Below are positions 1-7,722 of a stretch of 64,000 bases of DNA, in pieces. Source of the stretch: Deltaproteobacteria bacterium (GTDB lineage: Bacteria; Myxococcota_A; UBA9160; PR03); NCBI GenBank assembly GCA_031396445.1, contig JANNKU010000028.1:20651-84650 (forward strand), given 5' to 3'. The notes below the pieces were generated by a model. It saw only the letters and a list, made by a program, of their open reading frames with translations. It was not told the DNA's origin and searched no databases. Positions within the stretch are counted from its first letter, which is position 1. The number at the start of each line of letters is the position of its first letter. Both the position numbers and the translations under genes were made by a program.

Positions 1-367
1 CATCGGCATCGAGCGCCCGCGCGATCGTCGGCAGCAGCTGCGCCTCGATGCAGAACGGGTACTCGAGAAAGTGCAGCGCGCCGGAGCGACCCGCGCGGAA
101 CACCACCTCGGCCGCGGCGCCCGCGCTGTACAAAATGAACGGCACCTCGCGGATGCGTCGTACCGCGCGCAGCAAGCCGAGCCCATCGAGGCGCGGCATG
201 CCGTGATCCGACAGCACGACGTCGATCGGCTGCGCCGAGAACTGCGACAGCGCGTCGATGCCGTCCGCCGCCGTCAGCACGCTGAAACCAGAAGCCCGCA
301 GCGCTGCGCCGAGCCGCTCGCGCGTTGCGCTTTGATCCTCGGCGAGCAGGATGCGCGCGCGCGTCAC
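1..367 (-). CDS. Response regulator, CheY-like receiver domain (3' end runs off the window)
   Basis: Absent from the ORF track because there is no stop in the window. My reverse-complement translation from GTG at 367 reads VTRARILLAEDQSATRERLGAALRASGFSVLTAADGIDALSQFSAQPIDVVLSDHGMPRLDGLGLLRAVRRIREVPFILYSA... This is a REC fold with an acidic pair (ED) and a phospho-acceptor Asp context (VVLSDHGMP). GTGA start/stop overlap with the upstream kinase gene. Confidence 0.8.
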   Translation of the reverse strand, partial: MTRARILLAEDQSATRERLGAALRASGFSVLTAADGIDALSQFSAQPIDVVLSDHGMPRLDGLGLLRAVRRIREVPFILYSAGAAAEVVFRAGRSGALHFLEYPFCIEAQLLPTIARALDAD

Positions 368-3093
368 GCGTTTCCCTCGCTCGGCCCGAGTTGGGGCAGC
401 AGCATCCGGAACACCGTGCGACCCGGCGCCGACTCGGCTGCGAGCGAGCCCTCGTGCGCCGACACGACATCGCGACAGAGCGCGAGCCCGAGTCCGAAGC
501 CGCTGCGAAAGCGGCCGACGCCGGGCTCGAAGATGTCGGCGCCGAGTTCGGGCGGAATGCCGACGCCGTCGTCCTCGACTTCGATCGCCACCCACGGACC
601 CGGCGCGGCGCCGCGTGTCGCGAGCGCCGTCCGCACTTCCACGGCGCCGCCACGCGCGGTCGCCTTCACCGCATTGTCGAGCAGGTTCTCGAGCAGCGAC
701 GCGATTCGCACCGGATCGCCGAGCAGCGGCAGCCGCGCGAGCGCGTGCGAAACCGTGAAGCGTCGCTCGGAGCGCAGCCGCGCGACGCGCGCCGTCGCAT
801 CATCGACGAGGCGCACCAGATCGATACGCCGCAGGTCGAGCCGGCGCCCGCCACGCGAGAGCAGGCAATCGAGGCGGCGACCGAGTTCGTGCGTGATCGC
901 CTCGATGCGCTGCAGCGCGGGCCGCGACGCTGCGTCTGCCGCGCCCTCGATCGAGCGCGCGAGATGGCGGATCTCTTCGTTGGGCTTGCGCAGCTCGTGC
1001 GCGACGCCGCGGACGAACTCCGCGCAGCGCTGCCCCGATGCGATGCGCGCCAATTCGCGCGCCTGCTGCGCCACCTCTTGCTTCAGGGAGCTGAGCAGGT
1101 GGATGCGCTCGAGCGCCACGTTCGCGAGCGCACTCACCGCGTCGGCCTGCGGCTGCAAGTCAGCGGCGCGCTCCGGCGCGAGCGCGCCGATCGCGAGCCA
1201 GATCGAGCGCGTGGGCTCGACGTCGAGTCCGAGTCGCACGCTCTGTGGATCATGCGGCGCCGTCGCGCGTTCGAGTGGGCGACGCCCGGTGCAGCGGGCG
1301 AGAAACGTCGCCGCCGCCGCGCGCACCTGCGCCGCGCGCGCCGCTTCTTGCACGCGCGCCGCCGCTTCGAGCACCGCGCTGCGATCGTCGAGCGCGCACG
1401 AGAGCGCCGCCGTGCGCGCCGCGACGCACGACTCGAGTTGCGCAGAGGCAGCGGCGTCGCCGAGCGCGAGCGTCGCGAGCAGCGCGACGTCTTCGATCGC
1501 GCGCAGCTCTTCGGGCGCATACGGCAAGCCGTCGCGCCGCGGCGCGATCACCACCAGCGCCGGCTCGCTTGCGCGCGGTGTCAACGCAACGACGAGTTCC
1601 GGCCGCAGCATGTCGGGATCTTCCGTGCGCGACGGGCGCACGATGCCGTGGCTCGGCTCCGGCTTGGCGTCGCGCCAGACCTCGATGCCGCGTTCGGCGA
1701 GTGCGCCGTGGTGCGCGCCGTCACGAACGAAGAAGGCGAGGGCCGTGCCCGCGCGCAGTTCCTGACCGAGCAGCAGCGCGAGGCGCGCGAGCACATCGCC
1801 CGGGTTCGACGCGCCGGCCAACTCACGCGCGGCACGCGCGAGCAGCGCCTCGGGCGCCGCCGATGCGACGAGTCGCCCTGCGGCAAGGCGCGTCGCGAGC
1901 GAGTGGAAGCCCTGGTAGATCAGCGCGGTGGCGAGCGCGAGCGCGGCGCCATGAACGGGCGCGAAGTCGCGCGATGCGCCGGCCGCCTGCCATGCGGCGC
2001 CCGTTGTAATTGCCGCGAGCAGCAGTGCGATGCCAGCCGCCGCGACCGACACCACTCCGTGACGCAGCCACGCGGGCGGATCGAGCAGCCGATAGCGCAC
2101 GACGGCCCAGCCGAGTGCGAGCGGCAGCGCGAGCCCGCCGAGCGCGAGCAGTGCCGACACCGCAGGCGGTGGCTGCACCCCCGCGACGAACACGACGAGC
2201 GGCGCTGCACCCGCCAGCACGAACGCCGCCATCGCGGCGTGCGCTCGCGCCCGCTCGACCGGTGACAAGCGGCGCCCGGGAAACGCGCACGCCGCCACCA
2301 GGATCGCGCCCGCGAGAAAGCTCGCCGCCAGCGCGACGCGCTCCACGCCATCCACCGTCGCTGGCTCGCCGAAGCGCAACTGCGCGACCAGCGCGGGCAC
2401 CGTCCACAGTGCGTACGGAAGCATCGCGAGCGCGGGCCGCCGAAAGCGCGGCACGACGACCGGGAAGCGCGCCGCGAGATGCAGCAGTGCCGCCGGCAGC
2501 GCACACCACGCGAGCAGCCCGAGACGCGCGCGGAGGCCCGGCGCGTTCATGAGTCCCGCGTCACCCGGCATCGCCAACTCGATCGACGCGCCGAGCGCGG
2601 CGCCGAGGCAGAGCGACACAGAGAAGAGCGGCGTCGCAACCGGGTGTCGTCCGCCGAGCACGCAGGTGAGTGCGAAGAGCAGCAGCGCGCTCGCGGACAG
2701 CAGCGCCGGCCACTGCTCGACGAGCGCGTGCGCCGCGCGACTCCGGGCGACGCGCAGCTCCACGCTCCGCGAGCCGCGCGGCCCGCGCACGTTGGCGAGC
2801 ACGCTGTCGCCTACCCGCAGCTTCGCGACGCTGCGCAACAGCTCACCGCGATCGCGGGGCGCGACGACGCCGGTGTCGCCCGGCAGGCGCAGATCGAGCA
2901 CGCGCTCGCCGGGACGCAGTACGGCGTCAGGTGCGCCGAGCAGCACCGCCGCGAACGGCACCCGCAGCGAGGGGTCGAGCAGTTCCGCGAAGCCAAGTGC
3001 CGTCGCCGAAGCGAACCCGCGCGGATCCGGCAGCAGCGCCACGAACACGATCGCGACGAGCGCGCAGCCGGTGCAAGCGCGCGGCGAGCGCAT
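364..3093 (-). CDS. Sensor histidine kinase with a multi-TM N-terminal half (PDZ-like segment, at least 7 predicted TM helices), central GAF-like region, HisKA + HATPase_c
   Basis: Frame of track ORF 364..3576. I start it at the internal ATG at 3093 (MRSPRACTG...), which forms an ATGA overlap with the stop of the upstream exporter gene; the sequence further upstream in this frame is Arg-rich and overlaps that gene. H-box VRGVAHELRKPNEEI. ATPase motifs LLENLLDNAVKAT, EVEDDGVGIP, GFGLGLALCRD. Confidence 0.85.
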   Translation of the reverse strand: MRSPRACTGCALVAIVFVALLPDPRGFASATALGFAELLDPSLRVPFAAVLLGAPDAVLRPGERVLDLRLPGDTGVVAPRDRGELLRSVAKLRVGDSVLANVRGPRGSRSVELRVARSRAAHALVEQWPALLSASALLLFALTCVLGGRHPVATPLFSVSLCLGAALGASIELAMPGDAGLMNAPGLRARLGLLAWCALPAALLHLAARFPVVVPRFRRPALAMLPYALWTVPALVAQLRFGEPATVDGVERVALAASFLAGAILVAACAFPGRRLSPVERARAHAAMAAFVLAGAAPLVVFVAGVQPPPAVSALLALGGLALPLALGWAVVRYRLLDPPAWLRHGVVSVAAAGIALLLAAITTGAAWQAAGASRDFAPVHGAALALATALIYQGFHSLATRLAAGRLVASAAPEALLARAARELAGASNPGDVLARLALLLGQELRAGTALAFFVRDGAHHGALAERGIEVWRDAKPEPSHGIVRPSRTEDPDMLRPELVVALTPRASEPALVVIAPRRDGLPYAPEELRAIEDVALLATLALGDAAASAQLESCVAARTAALSCALDDRSAVLEAAARVQEAARAAQVRAAAATFLARCTGRRPLERATAPHDPQSVRLGLDVEPTRSIWLAIGALAPERAADLQPQADAVSALANVALERIHLLSSLKQEVAQQARELARIASGQRCAEFVRGVAHELRKPNEEIRHLARSIEGAADAASRPALQRIEAITHELGRRLDCLLSRGGRRLDLRRIDLVRLVDDATARVARLRSERRFTVSHALARLPLLGDPVRIASLLENLLDNAVKATARGGAVEVRTALATRGAAPGPWVAIEVEDDGVGIPPELGADIFEPGVGRFRSGFGLGLALCRDVVSAHEGSLAAESAPGRTVFRMLLPQLGPSEGNA

Positions 3094-5414
3094 CAGCGGA
3101 GCACGCGGTCGCGCGCGCCGACGAGCAGTGCGGCGGGCAACAAGAGCAGATTGCCCGCCAGCAGCAGGCCGACGCCAAGACTCGCGAGCAGCCCGAAGCC
3201 GACGAGCCCGCCCCACTGCGAGAAGAGCAGCACCGAGAAACCGAGCGCGAGTACGCCACTCGAAACGAGCACCGGCTCGCCAGCGCTGCGGAGCGCGCGG
3301 TCGATCGCATCGGCGGTGCGCAGGCCGTCGCGTCGCGCGTCGGCGTAGCGCAGCGAGAGATGGATCGTGTCGTCGACGCCGATCCCGATCAGGATCGCGC
3401 CGACCATCGCGTTGGCGGGATCGAGGCCGATCCCCGCCCAACCCATCAGACCGAGCAGCGCGACGACGGGCAGCGTGCTCGCGACGATGGCCCACGGCGC
3501 CAGCGCGCCGCAGCCGCGAAAGAGCACGATCAGCGTCACGGCCACCACCGCGAAAGCCGATGCGAAGCTCTTCCACTGCGTGTCGCGCAACTGTGTGACG
3601 AAGCGATCGGCGAGCACGAGGCCGCCTTCGAACGCGATCTGCGTACCGGGCGCCGCCGCGTGTTCGAGCGCCGCGAGGGAAGCGCGAACGCGGGTCACGT
3701 AGGGCGCCTGCGCTGCATCATCGAGCCACGCGCGATCGACCTGCACGCGCGCGCGCTCGTGACCACCCTCGTGCACCGCTTCCTTCCAGAACCAGCGCGC
3801 GGTTTCGCTCGACGCCACCAGCGCCACCGTGCGCGGCGCATCCGCGACGAGTTCGTCGAAGCTCGCCGGCGGTCGCCCGCGATCGACGCGGTGCGCGTCT
3901 TCGAGAAGATCGAGAAAGCTCCAGGTATCGCCGGTGGTCGGCTCGTTCGCGAAGAGCGACTCGATGCGCGCGAGCAGCCCGAGCGACGCCGCGTCGTAGA
4001 CATGCGCGCCGCTCGGCAGCGTCACGACCACCTCGGTCGTCATCGGCTTCCGGAAGTTTGCCTCGATCGCGCGCAGCGAACGCACCACGAACGACTGCTC
4101 GCCGAAGCCGAAGTCGCTGGCGTAGTGCAAGCGCGGCGCACCGGTGGCGAGCAGCGCAAAACCGCCGAGACACGCGGTCAGCACGAAGCGCGGGTAGCGC
4201 GTTACGGTGTCGCGAATCGCCGCGAGAATCTCGTCGGGCAGCGCGGAGCTGCGCACGCGCGAGCGCGCCGTGGTGCGCCGCAGATGCAGGTAGAGCAGCG
4301 CCGGCAGCACCGTGAAGGTCACGACGAACGAGAGCAACACGCCGATCGCAGCGAGGCCGCCGAAGTGGCGGAAGCTGGCGAGATCGCTCCACAGAAACGA
4401 GTCGAAGCCGACGGCCGTCGTCGCCGTCGTCCAAAAGCATCCGGGCCCGACTTCGCGCGCTGCGGCGACGAGCCGCGCCGCCGGATCGCGCTCCTCCGCG
4501 CGCGCCACCGCCGTCAGCAGATGGATCGACGTCGCGACGGCGATCACCACCAACAGCGGCGGCAACGCGGAGAGCAGCGACGTCATCGGCAACCCCGCGA
4601 GCGCCGCGATGCCCTGAACCGCTGCGGTGACGGAGCCCACCGCGAGCACCGGCAGCAGCGCGAACCAGACGTCGCGGAACCACAGCCACAACAGGGCGCC
4701 CATCACCGCGAACATCAGAACCGTCAGCACCAACGCGTCGCGCTCGAGCGTGTCCGCCGAAACCACCGTCCACACCGGATCGCCTGCGACATGCAGCTCC
4801 GCGCCCAGCTCGCGCTCGAACGCCGGCAAGAGCGCGAGCACGGCGCGCACCGCCTCGCGCATCGGCTGACTCTCGATCGATTGCAGCTCGACGACGATCC
4901 CAGCCGAGCGACCGTCTGCGGCGAGCACGGTTCCGCCGAAGAAACGCTGCTCGCGCGCTCGAGCGAGCAGCGGCTGCCAATCGCTCGCGAGCGTGAGCGC
5001 GTCGCCGTTGTGCTCGGCGAGCGTGCGCGTCTCGAGCGGGCCTACCACGATCGGTGTATTCAGCGCGCTCCAGGTGCGGCGCACGTTCGGCACCGCGTCG
5101 AGCTTCGCTTGCAGCCGGCCGAGAAACGCGAGCGCCCACGGTTCGGCAATCTGCTCGCAGCGCGTCGTCTCGCGACACCCGAATACGACGAGCAGATGCA
5201 CGCCGCTCTCGAACTCGTCGAGGAACGCGGCGAGCCGCATCACCTCGGGCGAGCGCGGCCCGAAGTAGGCCGCGTAGCCGACCTCACTCGGCAGACGCAA
5301 TGCGGCGAGGCCGAGCAGCGCCGTCGCGATGACAGCGATGGCGACCGTCGTGTGGGGGCGCCGCACGCTCGCGGCGCTGAGACCGGCGGCGAGCTGTGCG
5401 AGAGGCTGCTGCAA
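3093..5414 (-). CDS. MMPL/RND-superfamily exporter (HpnN-like, two 6-TM bundles with large loops)
   Basis: 773-aa ORF. It has two hydrophobic blocks, each preceded by a soluble loop. Motifs typical of MMPL/SSD transporters: GIGVDDTIHLSLRY and ALPPLLVVIAVATSIHLL. First gene of the exporter-HK-RR operon. Confidence 0.8.
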   Translation of the reverse strand: MQQPLAQLAAGLSAASVRRPHTTVAIAVIATALLGLAALRLPSEVGYAAYFGPRSPEVMRLAAFLDEFESGVHLLVVFGCRETTRCEQIAEPWALAFLGRLQAKLDAVPNVRRTWSALNTPIVVGPLETRTLAEHNGDALTLASDWQPLLARAREQRFFGGTVLAADGRSAGIVVELQSIESQPMREAVRAVLALLPAFERELGAELHVAGDPVWTVVSADTLERDALVLTVLMFAVMGALLWLWFRDVWFALLPVLAVGSVTAAVQGIAALAGLPMTSLLSALPPLLVVIAVATSIHLLTAVARAEERDPAARLVAAAREVGPGCFWTTATTAVGFDSFLWSDLASFRHFGGLAAIGVLLSFVVTFTVLPALLYLHLRRTTARSRVRSSALPDEILAAIRDTVTRYPRFVLTACLGGFALLATGAPRLHYASDFGFGEQSFVVRSLRAIEANFRKPMTTEVVVTLPSGAHVYDAASLGLLARIESLFANEPTTGDTWSFLDLLEDAHRVDRGRPPASFDELVADAPRTVALVASSETARWFWKEAVHEGGHERARVQVDRAWLDDAAQAPYVTRVRASLAALEHAAAPGTQIAFEGGLVLADRFVTQLRDTQWKSFASAFAVVAVTLIVLFRGCGALAPWAIVASTLPVVALLGLMGWAGIGLDPANAMVGAILIGIGVDDTIHLSLRYADARRDGLRTADAIDRALRSAGEPVLVSSGVLALGFSVLLFSQWGGLVGFGLLASLGVGLLLAGNLLLLPAALLVGARDRVLR

Positions 5415-5638
5415 CGTGAATCCGGCTAGGTTTCAGGGGCTGGGAAAAGCCTACGCGAGGGCGTGTCGAAGCCGAGCTAGGAAACCCCAAGGAATGCGGA
5501 AGTGCCTGAACCAACTAAGGTTTTCGGTTCTGGTCGTTGGTTGTTCCTGGTGGCTGCTGCGCGACCCGACGCGACCGTGTGTCCACGCATGGACGCCTTC
5601 TAACGCCGCCTGCCGTCCGTTGACGCCCGCACTTGCGG

Positions 5639-5653
5639 TGGCACATGACTTGC
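5639..5653 (+). promoter_or_regulatory. Sigma-54 (-24/-12) promoter TGGCAC-N5-TTGC
   Basis: The sequence tggcacatgacttgc matches the TGGCAC-N5-TTGC consensus exactly. It lies about 35 nt upstream of the ATG at 5689, in the divergent intergenic region. Confidence 0.6.
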
Positions 5654-5688
5654 CTCAGCGCGTCTACCGATCACGAGAGGGCGACTCG

Positions 5689-6708
5689 ATGAGCAGCCAG
5701 GCGGCATTTCATTTCGGCGCGCGCGCGGCGGCGGATCCCTTCCTGCGGCTCGCGGGCGACTCGCGCGCGATGGCAACGCTGCGCCACTCGCTGCGCCGCG
5801 TCGCATGTGCCGACGCAACGGTGCTGCTGGGCGGCGAGACGGGCACCGGGAAGGGCCTCGTCGCGCGATTGCTGCACGACGCCTCGGCGCGCGCCGCGGC
5901 GCCGTTCGCGCACGTCGATTGCGCCGCACTCGCGCCGAGCGTGATCGAGAGCGAACTCTTCGGCCACGAACGCGGCGCCTTCACCGGCGCCGATGCGTGT
6001 CGCCCAGGCCGCCTCGAAGCCGCCGCTCGCGGCACGCTCTTCCTCGACGAGATCGCCGAACTCGAGCCGCGCCTGCAATCGAAACTATTGCGCGCGCTGC
6101 AAGATCGCAGCTTCGAGCGCGTCGGCGGCACGCGCACGCTCAGCTTGACGGCGCGCGTCGTCGCCGCGACGCATCGCGATCTGCGCCGCGCCGTCGCCGA
6201 CGGCAGCTTCCGCGCCGATCTCTATTTCCGCCTGCAAGTCTTCGAAGTGACGCTGCCGCCGCTGCGCGAACGCCTCGACGATCTGCCCGCACTCGTCGCG
6301 CGCGGCCTCGCTGCGATCGCAGAGCGCATCGGTCGCGCCGCGCCGCGCTGCACCGACGCATTCCTCACCTCGCTCGCGCGCCACCGCTGGCCCGGCAACG
6401 TGCGCGAACTCTGGAACCTGCTCGAACGCCTCGTCGTGCACGACGAGGATGGCGTGCTCGATGCCGTCGATGCGGAGGCGGCGCTCGATGCGTCACTCGT
6501 CGATCTCGGCGCGATCGCGCTGACGCCTTCACCGATGCGAATCGCGGAGGCGCCGGAATCGAGCGACGACCGCACGCGCGTCGCCGCCGCGCTCGTCGCC
6601 GCGGGCGGCAACGTCGCGCGCGCGGCACGAAGGCTCGGCCTCGCGCGCACGACACTGCGGCATCGCGTCGATCGCTATGGGCTGCGCGAACTGATTCCGC
6701 GGGATTGA
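5689..6708 (+). CDS. Sigma-54-dependent transcriptional activator without an N-terminal sensory domain (PspF/HrpS-like architecture)
   Basis: Frame of track ORF 5329..6708, started at MSSQAAF (ATG 5689). Walker A GETGTGKG, intact GAFTGA loop (ERGAFTGA), Walker B FLDEI, WPGNVREL, C-terminal Fis-type HTH (VARAARRLGLARTTLRHRVDRYGL). Only about 25 residues precede the AAA+ core. Confidence 0.9.
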   Translation: MSSQAAFHFGARAAADPFLRLAGDSRAMATLRHSLRRVACADATVLLGGETGTGKGLVARLLHDASARAAAPFAHVDCAALAPSVIESELFGHERGAFTGADACRPGRLEAAARGTLFLDEIAELEPRLQSKLLRALQDRSFERVGGTRTLSLTARVVAATHRDLRRAVADGSFRADLYFRLQVFEVTLPPLRERLDDLPALVARGLAAIAERIGRAAPRCTDAFLTSLARHRWPGNVRELWNLLERLVVHDEDGVLDAVDAEAALDASLVDLGAIALTPSPMRIAEAPESSDDRTRVAAALVAAGGNVARAARRLGLARTTLRHRVDRYGLRELIPRD

Positions 6709-6779
6709 TTGGCCGACGAGCCGCCATCCACCGAACGACGCATCGGCAACGAGCGCAATACTGGGGAGTGGCGAAGCCT

Positions 6780-7433
6780 CTAGCGTTCCCGGGTTCCGGA
6801 TTGCATCGGCACGAGCCCCGCCTCGCCAAGTACCTCAGCGATTTGCTCCGCGTCACGACGCGATGCAGCCCAGCGAATCATGCCGCCCGTGGGTCTGCCG
6901 TGTTCGTCGCAGCGCCGTACCAGAAACCACAGTCCAGGCTCCGCCCCTCGCGGGGTCTGCTCGATCGTTCCGGCTTCCTCGACGCAGTAGGCGAGACCCT
7001 TCTTCCACGAAAGCCCGTCGCGCGATTCCCATCCCGGCATATGCGGGGCGAGACGCGCGATCGCGGAGTGCACCAGGAACTCCGAGCGCGACATGCCCGA
7101 GGTGCGCGCCCCGATGTCGATCTTGCGCAGACTCCTGGCAGGCGTCGTTATGTTGATCCGCGTCATCTTCTCCGGCTTCAGCGCCAGGTCCACGAGCACG
7201 ATGGCGGCGTCTTTCGCTTCTGCCGCCTCGCGCACTTCGTCGAGCGTGCTCGGATCGGGGAGCGGAGCTCCGTCTTCGAGCATGCCGCGCGCGTGAAACT
7301 CGAGCGCGTCGGACGCGAGCTTGCGCGCCTCTTCGAGCGTCGCGCCGGCGGTCACGCATCCCGGGAAATCGGGGAAGCTGACGCCGTAGTCGCTGCCCAC
7401 TTCCTTGTGGATGAGAGCGATGTTGGTCGCCAC
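6780..7433 (-). CDS. HicB-family antitoxin-like protein (HicB fold + RHH) with an extra C-terminal domain of roughly 85 aa of unknown function
   Basis: GTG at 7433 is preceded by GGAGGA 7 nt upstream. HicB-like core: IALIHKEVGSDYGVSFPDFPGCVTAGATLEEARKLASDALEFHARGMLEDGAPLP. RHH-like segment: INITTPARSLRKIDIGARTSGMSRSEFLVHSA. An unrecognised tail follows (PGWESRDGLSWKKGLAYCVEEAG...WFLVRRCDEHGRP...). Confidence 0.7.
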   Translation of the reverse strand: MATNIALIHKEVGSDYGVSFPDFPGCVTAGATLEEARKLASDALEFHARGMLEDGAPLPDPSTLDEVREAAEAKDAAIVLVDLALKPEKMTRINITTPARSLRKIDIGARTSGMSRSEFLVHSAIARLAPHMPGWESRDGLSWKKGLAYCVEEAGTIEQTPRGAEPGLWFLVRRCDEHGRPTGGMIRWAASRRDAEQIAEVLGEAGLVPMQSGTRER

Positions 7434-7722
7434 GCGCCGTCCTCCCCAGGCTCTTTCCGGTGATTCCGGCCCGCTTCGCGATGCTCGGAAGTCAGCGGAC
7501 GTGTAGAAGCGGAGCGGTGAAATTCTCTCCGAGCGCCCGCCGACCGTCACCATCCAACGCACGATTATGCTGGTCATGCTGCCGCCCAGATAGGCGTCGG
7601 CATAGTGGATTCTGATCGCGTGAGCCCCAGCCGGCCCGCGGGAGGGTGCCCGGGACCGTCCTCGCGTCAATTCCACTTCAATCCCCAACCAAACGCTCGG
7701 TAAATCCCCTTATCATCGGCGA

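Noticed and set aside
71-5429. Very long ORFs in the track overlapping the kinase/exporter genes (71..1765, 325..2265, 1245..2009, 2479..3348, 2549..3598, 2670..5429, 3718..5178)
   Set aside because: Their translations are Arg/Ala/Pro/Ser-rich low-complexity strings with no motifs. They are off-frame or antisense to ORFs with unambiguous HisKA/HATPase and MMPL signatures. This is the typical stop-codon-poor artefact of very GC-rich DNA.
7434-7722. Search for a hicA toxin gene next to the HicB-like gene
   Set aside because: I translated the three minus-strand frames of the gap. One is the in-frame upstream extension with no HicA-like sequence, one stops after 9 codons, and one has no start. 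Nothing resembles the HicA dsRBD fold motif.
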